From Phaeosaccion multiseriatum (Eukaryota > Protista > Ochrophyta, other classes): DNA of 64,000 nucleotides. Positions 11,101-24,654 of the stretch are shown piece by piece; the first letter of the stretch is position 1; the number at the start of each line of letters is the position of its first letter. Under the pieces are notes generated by a model. That model was not told where the DNA came from and did no database searches. It saw nothing but the letters and a program-made list of their open reading frames with translations. Both the position numbers and the translations under genes were made by a program. Location of the stretch: positions 248,001 through 312,000 of the forward strand of contig OZ218958.1 of NCBI GenBank assembly GCA_965112735.1. The letters run 5' to 3'.

Positions 11101-14100
11101 GAAAGAACGGGTCAAGAAAGGTGGGGGATGGCGCTGCACGGGGAGGGATATGGGATGGCAGTGGATGGGGGGGGGAGGAGGAGAAGGAGGAGGAGGAGGG
11201 AGGAGGGAGGTAGGCGAAGGGTTTATTTGTTTTATTCGTCTTCCTGCGAATACTGCTACAACTACTATCTGAACAACAGCTCACCCCCTCCCTTTACATA
11301 CCTCCCCTCCTCTTTCCCACCTCCCTCAGGGGTGAAGGTGGGCGCTATGGTGACCACGCTCGTGAGTGTGGGGACCTTTACCGCGGGCATGGGGCTGGTA
11401 CCTGTGTTGGCCATCGCGGGGCTTGGGGCAGTCTCCACAGGGGCAGGAAGCGTTGGCTACCTCAAGTACAGAGAGAAGAATGGGGTGCCCAAGCCGCTGC
11501 TGCTGGCCGCAGACAGTCGAGAGGAGGCAGAGGCGGTGAGTGGAGAAGGCAGGCAGGCAGGAAGGCAGGCAGGGAGGACGGGAGGGTAGCAGCAGCAGCA
11601 GCCCCTTCCATGTGTCGCATCGCATTCGCCTCCTTGCTCTCCTCTCCTCCCCTTCTCTGCCCTTCCCTCCCCTCCCCTTCCCGTCCCTCTCTTCTCTCCC
11701 TCCCCGCCGCACTAACACACGTACACAAACACGCACACATACACACACTCACACACACGCACGCACGCACGCACGCCCTACCCCCCACCCCCCACCCCCC
11801 CTCTTGGCAGTGGTGTGCCGCCTTGGAGGAACAGTTCGCTGTCATCCACCAGACACTCGCACAGGCTCGACAGGAGGGCAACCGCTCCCTCCTGACACTC
11901 CATCACCCACCCCTGGTGCGCCGCATCGCTGCCACCGCCTCTCCGGCACACCCCTCGACCGACCTCACCGCGGCCTTTAGCAAAGTTTGGCAGACGGATT
12001 GGCTGAGTAGAGAGGTTGCCAACGGGGTGAGGGTGTTCGAAGAGCAGAGCACGAGGGCGAGAGGACTGGGGGTGCTGAGGGCAGTGGCTGCGTGGGCTGG
12101 GCTGACGAGCGGAGGAGACGTCTGTGAGAACGGGTGAGTGTCCGGTGGGTGGGTGCGTGGGTGCGTGAGTGGGTGGGTGGGAAGGGGCGAAGAGGGAAGG
12201 GCGACGAATAGGGATGGGGGGAGCGGGTAGAGAAGGGCGAAGAGTGAAGAGAGAGAGTGGAGAGGGAAGTACGAGGCCATAACGACACATGCACACTGCA
12301 CTGAAGAACGCTCTCTCGGCACCCCGCCCCTTTCGCTGTCAACCCCCCTCCCTCTCGTTTCCCTCCTCCCTCTCCCTCCCTCCCTCCGTCCCTCCCTCCC
12401 TCCGTCCCTCCCTCCCTCCGTCCCTCCCTTCTCCCTTCTCCCTCATCCCTTCCTCCCTCCCTCCCTCCCTCCCTCCCCCTCCTCTCTCCTCCCTCCTTCC
12501 CTCCCTCCCTCCCTCCCTCCCTCCCTCCTCTCTCCTCCCTCCCTCCCTCCCTCCCTCCTCCCTCCCTATTCCCTCCTCCTCCCCCGCCCTCCGCAGAGGT
12601 GACTCGGGCCATTCGTCATCCTCCGAGCCGTCGCCATCTGCACTGCCCACGTACAAGTGCCGAGTCACTGTGCAAGCGTCCCCCTTGGAGACGTTCATTG
12701 CTCTCATGTCGCCTCCCAGGTATGTAACGGATATAACGGGTGTAACGTAGTGTATCGTAATGCGCAACCCCTTACGTAATTCGGAACCTCTTACACGGAA
12801 GTATGCAACATCACCACAACACTTGTGTTCTCCAAGTCCCCTGGGAACCCCCCTGTGTGAAGGCGCACGTCTCGACTGACTTGACTTGTCATTTGACTTG
12901 TCGTTTGTCGTCTCCCTCCGCCCATTCTGCTTGTGCTCCTGCTCCCGCCCCCGCTCGAATCGAACCGCCACTGAAACCCAACTCCTCCCCTCTTCCTCCA
13001 GCGACCTCTTGAGCGGGTCCATTTGCCGTCTGCGTGTGTTAGCGACGCTCGACGACAACAACGACATCGTTCACCTTGCCACCCGCCCGGCCTGGCTCAA
13101 TCCAACCTGGGCAGCACCGAGGGACTTCCACCTCGCCAGGCATTGGCGGCTTGACAATGAGGACTGCTACGTGGTGACGCTGGATAGCATTAGCAGCAGT
13201 GGCAGTGGGGGGGAGGCGGAGGACTGCCCACCTGTGCCCGGCTTTGTGCGCGGAGAAATGCACTCGGTGAGAGGGATGGGAGGGAGAGGGAAGGGTTGAA
13301 GTATCGTTTCAGAGGGAGAGGGAAGGGTTGAAGTACCGCCTCGCTCTCCCCCAGCGCATGAAGGGCCCCTTGCTCCTCAGCTCTCTCCTCTCTCTCTCTT
13401 ACCTGCCCCTTCTATGTCACACCGAGTAAGTGAGGGCCTAACACGATGCCACTTGTGTGTGCGTGCGTGCGTGTGTGTTGGGATGTGTCCCTCCCCCCCC
13501 CCCCCCCTTCCCTTCCAGGTGTACACCATCGCCCCCCGCCTTCATCTTGACGTCCTGGGGGATGTGGGGGTCCCGTCGGAGTGCCTCATCACGCACTACC
13601 TCACTGTAGACCCTAAAGGTAGGCATAGGTACCTAAGAATTACGTATGTGTATGTGTATGTTAGGCATAGGTACCTAAGAATTACGTATGTGTGTGTTAG
13701 GCATAGGCACCGATGTGTGTATGTGTATGTGTGCGTGATGTGTGTGTATGTGTCATGCATGCCGTGTGGCATGTGATTGGGTTGCGTGCGACTCAGCCCT
13801 TCCCTTCCTACTCGAAGCGTCACTCGACGGGAGGGAAGCTCTGGAGCGTGAATGAGAGAGAGTGTGTTCCTGCCCTGCCTTGTCTGGCCTTGCTTGCCGA
13901 CCGACTGACCACGTTCCGTGTTCCCACCGATGTTGCTGTATCACCAACTGCTGCCGTGACCACACCCTTAGGCTGGATCTGGAGGCATATGGGGTACTTG
14001 CGTGCGTACTGCACCCCGCTGCTGCTGCACGTGTTGGAGTTACAGGACGTGCTTGGGGGGCAGCGGTTCGGACAACCTCAGGTGCGCCTGTATCACCAAC

Positions 14101-16054
14101 TGGTACTGTTGCCGCAGTATCGCCAACTGCTGTCGTATCACCAACTGCTGCTCCGATTGCAAGACACTTGCTCGGTCACTTGCTTAGTCACTCTCTCGCT
14201 TGCACAACTTGCTTCCACCTGCGTGAGATTGCGCCAAATGCCCACAGCAACAATGTCAACAATTTCATTCCGACGTGCCACTTCCTGACTTACTGCATCC
14301 TCCCGGCAACAATCCCCCCTCCCCCCTCCTCAGATGTGGGCGGATGCTGCATCACCTTTGCTGGAGGCAGGGGCCAGGGCAGCCGCCGCCGCGGAGGAGC
14401 GAGCCAAAGCCGACGGGTTCCGAGCCTTCATGTCAACGAGCAGCCTCGCCACCAACCCCCCGCCCGCCCTGCCTCAACACATGTGGGCCGAAGGAGACGG
14501 GCGATCTTTCCAAGTGAGGGGTCTGAATTACCTCAATGATCGGATCAAGGTGGCGTCGGTGTGGCAGAAGTTCCGCCTCGTGGCTGTGGATCTTTTTGCC
14601 ATTGACGTGAGTATTGTATGGTGCGGAGGAGGAGGATGAGGGGGTATGCTTTTGAGGAGTGGGAGGAAGGAAGGAAGGAAGGAAAGGAGGGAGGGAGGGA
14701 GGTACGTAGGAAGGGATGAGGGGGAGGGGCTTCTTGCTTCTCCCCTCTCTCTCTGACGGCCCCATCCTTTGCGCGGGCGCCTGGAGGACACGTTCTTGCT
14801 TGCCATTCATGCTTGGGGGTCTGGAGGAGACCCATTCTTGCCTGCCATTCATGCTTGGGGGTATCGGGTCGCTGTTCTATATCCCCTCGGCCTTTTCTCT
14901 GCGTCAACTAACCCCCCCCCCCTCTCTCTCTCTCTGCGTCTCCCCTCGTTCCGCGTGTGACCCCTGTCCCTGACGCTGCTTGGCTTGGTTGGGTTGGGTC
15001 CCCCCCTCTTCCAGGAGCCCATTTTCAACATCGCGGGTCGGAGGGACAACCGCGTGCAGCTCGCTCGCAGGGCCGGGGAGACGGACTTCGTTTGGGTACA
15101 GCAAATCATGGTACGTAATGGTACGTAAGTACTTTTTGTGATTTTAGGACAAGGTCGGTGGGGTACGTGCGTGGGTGCGTGTGTGTGTGGGTGGATGAGT
15201 AGACGTGAGCAGACCATGTCTGTCTCTCTCTCCCTCACCCGTCTTGTCTTCCCCCCTCCAATGCGAGCAGGTGCCCGGTCCTCCCCACTACTCCTACACG
15301 GCCTACCTCGTGCCTGAGGACCCCAGCAGCATGAGGGAAGACACTCCCTTCGGCCGCCTGGCGCAGAGGGTGAGGAAGGAAGCCCACACACACACAAGGG
15401 TCTTGTTTTGTTTGATTTATTGCATCTCCATCTGAAACTGTAGAAGCAACTGCAGAAGGTGGATATGTGAGACATGATTTTTTATTCTTGTTCCGCAGCT
15501 TCCACGGCTTCCTCCTGTGCTCTTGGGGGATGGATGGCTCCACACACACACATTCAGAGCTCTAAATACGCACCCCCCTCCCCTCTCTGTTTGTAAAGTT
15601 CTTCTTTGGCGACGACGACGAATTCCGCAACCAACGCCTCAAGCTCATCCCGCGCATCAACGAGGGCCCCTGGGTGGTCAAGACAGCAGCCCCTTGCAAG
15701 CCCACTTGCCTGGCCACCAAGCTCCGAGTGGAACACACCCGGGGGGACAACTACCTCGAGACGGACTTTGAAATTGGGTCCGGTCGAGTGGCAGCTCAGA
15801 TTACAAAAATGTCGTGTGGGTACAGCAAGACCATCGATGTGGACATGGCGTGGACCATCCAAGGGAATGAGGAGTCGGAGCTGCCGGAGGTGGTGGTGGG
15901 GGTGAATCGCGCCGTGTATTTGGATATGAAGGCGGCGAGATATCTGCCCCAGGAGGATGGAGGACCCATGCCGGGGCCGTGGGAGGCTGCCACTACTGCT
16001 GCTGCTGCTTCTGGTGGCGGCGGTAGCAGTGGTGGTGTTGTTGCGCCGAGGTGA
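8200..16054 (+). CDS. EDR2-like lipid-transfer protein: (split) PH domain + START domain + EDR2_C/DUF1336
   Basis: PH: VIKEGKVRKKSGRMNSWNDRHLKLRSGGLLEYY...YAFKL, then LLLAADSREEAEA|WCAAL. START: NGVRVFEE, YKCRVTVQASPLETFIALM, RVLATLDDNNDIVHL, PRDFHLARHWRLD, PPVPGFVRGEM, CLITHYLTVDPKG|WI. EDR2_C: WAEGDGRSFQVRGLNYLNDRIKV, FRNQRLKLIPRINEGPWVVK, NYLETDFEIGS, IQGNEESELPEVVVG. About 15 exons with GT-AG boundaries; stop at 16052-16054. Start could be 8200 or 8260. Confidence 0.88.
10273..10481. repeat. 21-bp minisatellite (TGTCTGGCCTGAACAGATGCC)~10 in an intron
   Basis: Tandem near-identical 21-mers starting just after the donor at 10248. Confidence 0.95.
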
Positions 16055-16798
16055 GGGAGAGGCGCGGGCGGCGCTCGGCGCTCGAGTACTCTCCCTGCAC
16101 TGCTGTTGTGTATGTGTGTATGTATGTGTGCGTGTGTGTGTGGAAAGAGTGTCCACACCACCATTTCACCTCTGTATCTATATCGTGGAGCCTCAAGTGC
16201 ATAGAGAGAAGAGAGTATATAATAGGAACGCTTATTGACGTGTGTATGCTCTAGAAACTCTGTGCACACTCTTTGTATGCTCTTGTATTTACCTATACAT
16301 ATTATACTGCCCGCATTATAGCCTAAGACTTCTGCGAGGCGGCCTGTTTCTCTGTTTCTGTCGGAGCGAGGCTCAGCCCCATGCACGCCTAGCGGTTTTG
16401 CTCTAGGCCTAGGCCGGCGGCCTCCGGCCGCTCTAGGTCGCTCACTTTTCAGTCCTAGGCGGCCTCTAGCCCGCGTCTAACAAACGATTTAAAAGGGGGA
16501 TTTGACTTGATTGACGACGAAGTGAGAGAAAAATCCCCCCCCAGGGTGACGAAGCTGAAACTGAAACTCCCCTTGAGGTTCTTGTCTTGATTTCTTGCTG
16601 TGGTGACGGGATTGAGAAAGTCGCAGGGGCGGCATTGAGAAAACTGCACTCCTTACACTGCTGCTCTCTTCCTACTCTACACTGTGCCGACTTAGGATAA
16701 TGTGCCGCCTCCTGTCTGCGAGCATTTGACGCCTTCCTGCGCTGGGCCTACGATTAGAGCGGAAAGGTTTTAGGGAGAGGAGAAGAGAAGAGAGAAAG

Positions 16799-19700
16799 AT
16801 GAAGGAAGGGACAAGAAGGGTGGACCGCCGACGGGCGGGACCGGCCTTAGGCCCACTGTGCGTGATGCTTTTCCTCTCCATGCCTCCTGCCGGAGCAGCA
16901 GGAGCGGCACGAAAAGGAGGAGGCTGGACAGCAGGAGGATCATCCCGGAGGAATGGGATGGAGGAGCCGGGGAAGCAACAACAGCTTAGGGGGAGGGGGG
17001 GGTGAGTTAAAGACGGTACATATGTGTTATCGAACAGCCAGGCAAAGAGCGGGCGACGGCGAGTCCTTCACTGCTGTAGAACGCCTGTCTCTCTTATCCG
17101 AGCAGTGTATTGGGGGGGGATCCAATGTGCTCTCACATCTCTTCGTCTCTGGTGATGAATGTTGGCTCTTTCCATGGCAAACTGGGGCACTTGATACCCT
17201 CGCACCTGTCTCTTTTGCCCTCCCTTACTTCCGCTCTGAGCCTTCGTTCTTGGGGCTTCCAATAACCCACCACCCCCACCTTACCCCTCGCCCTCGCCTC
17301 TGTCTGTCCGTCTGCTTCCCTACCTCTCTCTCCTCTCTCTCTCTCCCCCCCTCTCTCTCTCTGCCCCTCTCTGTCTGTCTTATTCCCTCGCCCCTCCCCT
17401 TTCTTCACATCTTCACTATATAGGGCGCTGCGCCTTGAAGCATTCGTCGCCAATGGCGCGTTGCCCAAGCCAGATAGACATTGCAACAGACAGGGCCCGG
17501 ACTACGCCCGACGCCCTCATCGCATGGGGGGAGGCGCGCAGAGCGGGCAGGAGGCGCTCAGGAGGACGAGGAAGAGGGGCAGGAGCTGCTCTGGTAGCAG
17601 TAGCAGCAGCAGTAGCAGCAGCAACATCAGCATCAGCAGCAGCCATAGTAGCAGTAGTGGGAGGCGTATGGTCAGCCGCTTGGCAGCGTCGGTTTCGGCG
17701 GCGGATGGGCAACACGCCAGGTGAGCGAGGCAGTGAGGGAGCTGTGCTTGTCCAACATGAACACTCCTCCTCCCTGCCCCTCCCCTCCCCTCCCCTCCCA
17801 TCCATTCGGGGCTCCACGTGCCTCTACCCTGCTTCCTTCGGTTCGTTGTCTCTATCAAAGCTGCTTCGGTTCGTTGTCTCTATCAAAGCTGCTTCGGTTC
17901 GTTGTCTCTATCAAAGCTGCTTCGGTTCGTTGTCTCTATCAAAGCTGCTTCGGTTCGTTGTCTCTATCAAAGCTGCTTCGGTTCGTTGTCTCTATCAAAG
18001 CTGGGACTGGGCGGGCATGCATCTCTTCCCTCCCTCTTTTTCCCCTCCCTCTTCTCTCTCTCTCCACATCACTGCACCACACGCCTGAAACGTAGGAAAC
18101 TTTCTATTTCGTGTCGTTTTTGTGTCTGTGTGTGTGTGTGTGTGTGTGTGCGTGACATTCACAGGGCCGGTGGAGCCTCCAGCGCTTTTGCGGTGCCTCT
18201 GCCCGACCGACAGGGGTTGGGCGTCCAGAGTGCCGCCGAGCCCCCCAACGAGGACAACACGCCAGTTGGTGATACAGCAGCCGCGCCCTCATCGTTATCT
18301 TTGGCATTGCATGAGGCAGGGGAGGCGGACGCAGAGGCCGACGCAGAGTCCGACGCAAAGTCCGATGAGTGCCTAGTAGAGGCCCGTCAAGAGGGCCGTA
18401 CAGCGGCGCTGGGGCCACACGAACTGGTGCGTGTGTGTGTGTGTGTGTGCGTGTGTGCGTGTGTGTACGCGTGAGTGGGGATGAGGGAGGGAGGCGGGAG
18501 GGGGGGAGGGAGAGAGGGAGAAGAAGAGAAGAAAGAGAAGAAAGAGAAGATGAGGTGGGATTGGGGCTCGCCTCCTCGTCCCTTTGCACTCAGTTGTCTG
18601 CGGTCAGTCTTGCACCCACACCACTTGTTGCACACCACTTGTTGCACACCACTTGTTGCACACCACTTGTTGCACACCACTTGTTGCACACCACTTGTTA
18701 CACACCACTTGTTACACACCACTTGTTGCACACCACTTGTTGCACACCACTTGTTGCACACCACTTGTTGCACACCACTTGTTGCACACCACTTGTTGCA
18801 CACCACTTGTTACACCACTTGTTACACCACTTGTTGTCTGACCTGTGCTGTGCTGCGGCGCGGCTCCCCTCACTCTGCGGCCCACCCCACCCTATTGCAG
18901 GACCTGCCCATATGCCTGACCCCGGGGGAGAGGGGGCTGTTTAAGCTGCTCAAGACGGTAAGGCATGCGTTTCAGAAAGGCAAAGGGCAGGAGAGAGCGG
19001 AGACAGGGGAAAGAATGAAATGGGATGTGGAGGGGGGAGGGAGGGGGCTTGAGAGCAGAGCGGCGTTTCACATGTGGACCCTCCGTATATCGCAGAGGAA
19101 GGAGAGAGGGACGAGAGGGGGAGGAGAGAGGAAGGAGAAGGGGGGGGGGGGAGAGGGAGGAGAGAGGAAGGAGAGAGGGAGGGGAGAGGAAGGAGAGAGT
19201 GCAGGGCAGTGGGGGGATGCTCGAAGGACCAAGGGCGGTGTAGGGCTGGAGCAGACGCCAAGGCTGATACCATGGAGGATAATGGGGCTGACTTGATGTG
19301 TCGGGCCGGACGGATGGATGGGTGGATGGATGGATGGATGGATGGATGGATGGATGGATGGATGGATGAATTTCCTGCTGGCCTATCCATCCACACAATC
19401 GACCCCCCCCGCATCACGCGCCACTCTTGTGTTTGTCGCCATCTGTGTACATACAACTCACAGGTGGTAGCGGAGTACAACATGGGCACAACTCTGCGAG
19501 TGGCCGGTGGCTGGGTGCGGGACAAGCTGCTTGCCGGGTCCCAGTGCGCGTCCCCCATGAAGGGAGTGAAGCACAAGGTGAGGCATTGGCCTTCACTCAC
19601 TCACTCATTCGCTCACTCACTCAACTCACTCAACTCACCCATTCACCCATTCACTCACTCACTTACTCACTCACCACTCACTCGCTCACATCCACTCACC

Positions 19701-22116
19701 CGCCCTCCCACTCACCCACCCACCCATCCATTGACTTACTCCCTCCAAGGTGGACATTGACATCTCTCTGGACAATTGCCTCGGAGTGGACTTTGCCGAC
19801 AAAATCAACGCCTACCTCCGCAGCCAGGGTCAGGAGGAGCACACCGTCGGTGTGGTGGGCAAATGTCCTGAGAAGTCAAAGCATCTCGAGACGGCGACGA
19901 TGAATTTGGGGGGGTTTTGGTGCGACTTTGTCAATCTTCGCACCGAGTCCTACACGTTGGAGAGTCGCATACCGCACATGGGTATCGGCACCCCAAGACA
20001 GGACGCATTTCGAAGGGACTTGACCATCAATGCGCTGTTTTACAACATACAAACGGGATACGTGGAGGACTGGACCGGCAGGTGAGTGAATGAGTGAGTG
20101 AGTGAGTGAGTGAGGGAGCGAGGGAGTGCGTAGTAAGTCAATGAACTATCTCCTCCGTCCTTCTCTTCCTCCCTCCTTCCTCCTTCCTCCTTCCTCCCCC
20201 CTCCTCCCCCTTGCTCTCACCTCTGCCACTGGCCTTACTTGGGCTCCTCCTTGCCCAAATGCTCACAACATCACAACACTCACCAAGCACACCTCAATCC
20301 CATTCGTCGATCACACACACACACACACACACATACATACGCAGGGGCTGGGACGACCTTGCCCAGGGCCTCATCTCAACGCCGCTGCCCCCGCTGGAGA
20401 CCCTGCTGGACGATCCTCTGCGCGTGCTGAGAAGCATTCGCTTCGCGTCCAGGTTAGTAAGTTAGTTAGTACTAGTGGGTAGTTAGTACTGAGGTTCGGC
20501 TCAATTGACTCTCAAGGCTTTAGCACAGGGTGCAACAAGTGTCTCTCCCCCTCTTTCTCCCTCTCTCCCTCACTCCTTCTTACCTCCCTCTCTCCCTCCT
20601 TCTCTGCCCCCCCCCCCCCTCCCCCTCCTTCCCTCTCTCCCTCTCGCTCTCTCTCCCTCTCAGGTTCGACTTCGACCTCAGCGCAGAGCTTCAGGAAGCC
20701 GCACAAGACCCGAGAGTGCACGAGGCCCTGGGCAGAAAGATCAGCTCAGAGAGGTAAGAGAGGTACATGGACATAATAGAGATATAATAGACGTATAAAA
20801 ATTATTTGATACATATATACATGGACAAAGTATAGAGGTATATATGTATATATATAATACATGTGGGCATGGTGTAATGTACACACGTCGCACTCGCATC
20901 AGCAGAAAGGGCAATGAGCGCACATTCTCTCGTCTCTCTCCCCTGCCTCTCCTACTGTCCCACTGTATGTTCAACGCATCATTATCCACCTCACCCCGCC
21001 CCACCTACCCACCCACCCTACCGTTACAGAATCGGCATTGAGATCGACTTGATGGTGCGCTCTCGAGACCCCCTCCGCGCCTTCACTCTCATCAGCGAGG
21101 CCCGCCTCTGCCCAGTCATATTCACTCTTCCGGCCACTACAGTGCAGCTCAGCAGCCTCGACAGCGGGGGCGAGGGGGCAGACGCCCTGGAGCCTGCGGC
21201 ATGCTTCGAGCAGGGCCTCGTGTACTTGCGCAACATGCATACGTTGTTGCTGCAGGCGCCGGGACCGAGCTCGCAGCACGTGGGAAGTATGGAGGACGAC
21301 AGGTAAGGGAGGGAGGGAGGGAGGGAGGGAGGGACGGGGTGGGGGCGTGGGCAGGTGGGTGGGTGGATGGGTGAGCGACTCATACTCCCACTGATCCCTC
21401 GCCGCCCGTTTTGCTGTGCTCTCCTCTCCTTCCTCTGTGTGCCGTGCCGCCCCTCTTTGTCTGCCTGTACACCTCTACACCTGCCCTCCAGGAACTTGGC
21501 CCTGTATGCCGCCTTTCTGCTGCCCTTCGCAGACACATTTTACGAGCCCAAGAGGGGCAAGAAGCTCGAACCGCTCACCAAGTACTTTATTCAGGAGCGG
21601 TGAGTAAGTGTGCTTGCGTTGCTGACTTACTAGAGCTCGGAGCTGGATACAAGTAGGGCTGCTGACTTACTACCCTGCAGACCCTCCCTCCCTCTCCTTC
21701 TCTCTCTCGCCTACAAGTACGAAGCTCACTCCCATTCATTCCTTTAGGGCTACAAAGCTCACTTCCATTCATTCGTTTAGGGCTACAAGCTCACTTCCAT
21801 ACCATCCGTCTCCCCTCTTGTCCGCATGCCAATCCCCACATGCATCTGCCTGCCTGTCCTCCTGCCCGCCTGCCTGCCTGCCTGCCTGCCCACGTGCCCA
21901 TATACCTCTCCCTCTCACAGACTGAAGCTTCGCTCCCGAGTGGCCGAGCAAGTGCACCTTATCCACGAAGCGGCACTCGACTTCCAAGTGCTGCTGAGGC
22001 AGACCACCAACGGGCCGGTCACAACTTCCAACTTCCACTCTGTGTCTCGGAGGCTGTGCAGGGTCAGGGCCGGGCAGGTCATGAGGAGGGTGGGCGTGCA
22101 TTGGAGAACGGCGCTG

Positions 22117-22164
<48 letters not shown>

Positions 22165-22293
22165 CTGCATGTCTGCCTACCTACCTGCCTGTCTATCAGT
22201 CTGTCAGTCTGTCAGTCTGTCAGCCAGTCTGTCTGGCAGTCTGTCTGGCTGCCTGCCTGCCTGTCTGCCTGTCTGTCTGCCTGTCTGTCTGCC

Positions 22294-22346
<53 letters not shown>

Positions 22347-23262
22347 CTCTCACCTTCCTTCCATGTGTGGCCGTATCCATCGGTACCCGTTTTGATCCCC
22401 TCCTGCGTGGCACCGCGCAGGTCCTGGGCTGCACGGGCCACCTTGGCAGCAAGCACATTCTCGATGAGGCCATGACGTCAGTGAGAGACGAACAGGATGT
22501 TGAGGAGGAGGGGGCCATTATTCAGGCCTACATTCGAATGGGCAACCGAATGGAGGAGATGGGCCTGGTTGGGGTGTGGGATATGGGGCCCATTTTCGAT
22601 GGGCGGCAACTGCCGGATGTACTGCCGGGCATCAAGACAGGGTGAGTGAGTGCTTGTGGGTTTATGGGTGGGTGTGTGGGTGTGTGGGTGTGTGAGTGAG
22701 TGAGCAGGTGGTTGAGTGGGCGGGTGGGTGAGTGGGCGAGTGGGTGAATGGGCAGAGTGGGTATGCTCGCGAGTGGATGGGTGAGTGAGTGGCTGAGTGG
22801 CTTAGTAGAGTGAGTGGGTCGGTGCGTGGGTGGGTAGGTGAGTTTGTGTGTGTGAGAGAGAGTGTTGTGTGTGTGTGTGTGTGTTTGTGTGTCTGGGTAT
22901 ACATACGGATGGGTGAGTGAATGAGTGTGGGAGTGGGTGCATGAGTGACTGATTGAATGAGTGAATGAGTCTGTGAGTGAGGGACTGCGTGAGTGAGGGA
23001 GCCAGGGAGGGAGCGGGTGAGTGAGTGAGTGAGTGAGTGCGGATTTGAGTGAGTGAAGGAGTGAAGCCGCGTGCCCCTCCCCTCACCCTTCCTTCTTTCC
23101 CATGCCTTCGCCCTTTCCCCTCCCCTCTCCAGCCCCATGTACAGAGAGGTGATTGAGAAGCAGATCGCCTTTCAGCTCAAGCACAGGCACGTCACAGACG
23201 ATGAAATGCGACGCTTTCTCTCAGAGACATACTTCAAAATGAGCAGCGCCGTGTCTGGCTAG
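16799..23262 (+). CDS. CCA1: CCA tRNA nucleotidyltransferase (class II CCA-adding enzyme) with long N-terminal extension
   Basis: Exons encode [41 protein letters not shown]...[40 protein letters not shown]|IGIE and PIFDGRQL, the canonical class II CCA motifs. Stop at 23260-23262. The 5' exons (16799-~17001, ~17423-17720, ~18164-18426) are less certain. Confidence 0.93.
17836..18003. repeat. 28-bp minisatellite (CTTCGGTTCGTTGTCTCTATCAAAGCTG) x6, perfect, intronic
   Basis: Six contiguous identical units with no spacers. Confidence 0.97.
18617..18836. repeat. 14-bp minisatellite (CACACCACTTGTTG)~15, intronic
   Basis: Tandem units with occasional G>A changes and shortened terminal copies. Confidence 0.97.
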
Positions 23263-24654
23263 GCGGCAGTGGATGGCAGTGGATGGCTGTGGATGGCTGT
23301 GGATGGTAGTGGATAGCGGGGGCGGGCGAGACGTCTTTGCAAGCTCACACATACCTGTGGTCTGTGTATGGAAAGCCTCGTGAGAGTGAGGGTAGTGAGG
23401 GTAGTGAGGGTGGCACTCCTCTTGTACAAAGTAGAGAGATAAATGTTACGTTAACTTGTCGTTAACTTGTCACTTGCGGAAGTAATGAAACAAGTAGTAG
23501 GGTATAGGGCATACGATAGAGGGGTTGCAGAAGGGATCAATCCACACAGACACACAAACGGTAACTCAAAATGAAAAGAGATGTTTGGTTTTCTCATTGA
23601 GAAGCAGAGGCAAGTGCTTGCTGCCTCTCCTGTGTATGCATTTGCTTTGCTAGGGGTTGTGACGTGTGGATAGCGCCACCAGCAGCAGCTGGTGATACAG
23701 CAGCACCAGCGCCAGGTGTGATAGCAGCCAGCGCAGACTGCCTTTGTTGCGTTGCAAACTCTTTTCGAGGTGCCTTCACGTTCATTTTGGGTGTCCAAAT
23801 GTGTTGTCCTTTATTTGCATGTCATCCATTGTGGGACAAACGCTCACTAGACTCACCAACTGCACGTGTCTCCTCACATCTCACTCACACTACATAACAC
23901 ACTCACACTATAACTAACACACCCACACAAATGCACCACTCTCACACAAATGCACCACTCTCACACAATCCCCTCCCACAAAAACACCACTACATAACTA
24001 ACACACTCTCAACTATATAACTAACACACTCACAAATGCAACGCTGCATAACTAACACACACACTAACGCACTGAAGCACTCATGCTAAACATGGAAGCT
24101 TGTCATGAACTGACTGCACCTCGACGAGTCTCTCTCTATCCTCAGTACCGTATTCCGCTCCTGTCTAGCATCAGTACTATGGCCGACCCCACCCCGCATT
24201 CCCCAACGTCACATAAACCCTTCCATCCACTGCCATCGCTCACCAAAGAGAGGCCTGTTACGTCCTCTCTTTGGTGCGTGCGTGCGAGGCGTGAGTGTCA
24301 CTTCGTCTCTCTTTCTGCTCTTCCCCTCTTGTCCCCTCTTCCACCCACGTATACTCAACTCTACCACACATACCACTCACGAATATTGCTTCACCGCTTC
24401 TCCTCCTCATCGTCCACCCACTTTATTTTGTTTTATTCATTTTTGTTACCTTTTTTACTAATTGCTGCAAAATTCCCCCAAAAAACTGACCCGTATGCTC
24501 GAAAATACTTCCCCCACGAGGCGAACCCCCTCCCTCGTTGCCCATTGGTGTCCACTCTCGCTCTCCTCTCGGCCCCCTCGTCTCCGTCTCCCTTGCGGTC
24601 TTCTCAAGGTTTCCCGCAGGAAATGCGCTGAACGAGTCTACTACAATGTGCGCT

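Noticed and set aside
17836-18003. 28-bp repeats as a CRISPR array
   Set aside because: Units are contiguous with no spacers, lie in a spliceosomal intron, and there are no cas genes.
21740-21790. TTTAGGG telomere-like heptamers (also TTAGGG at ~10507 and ~10541)
   Set aside because: Isolated copies inside local tandem duplications, not an interstitial telomeric array.
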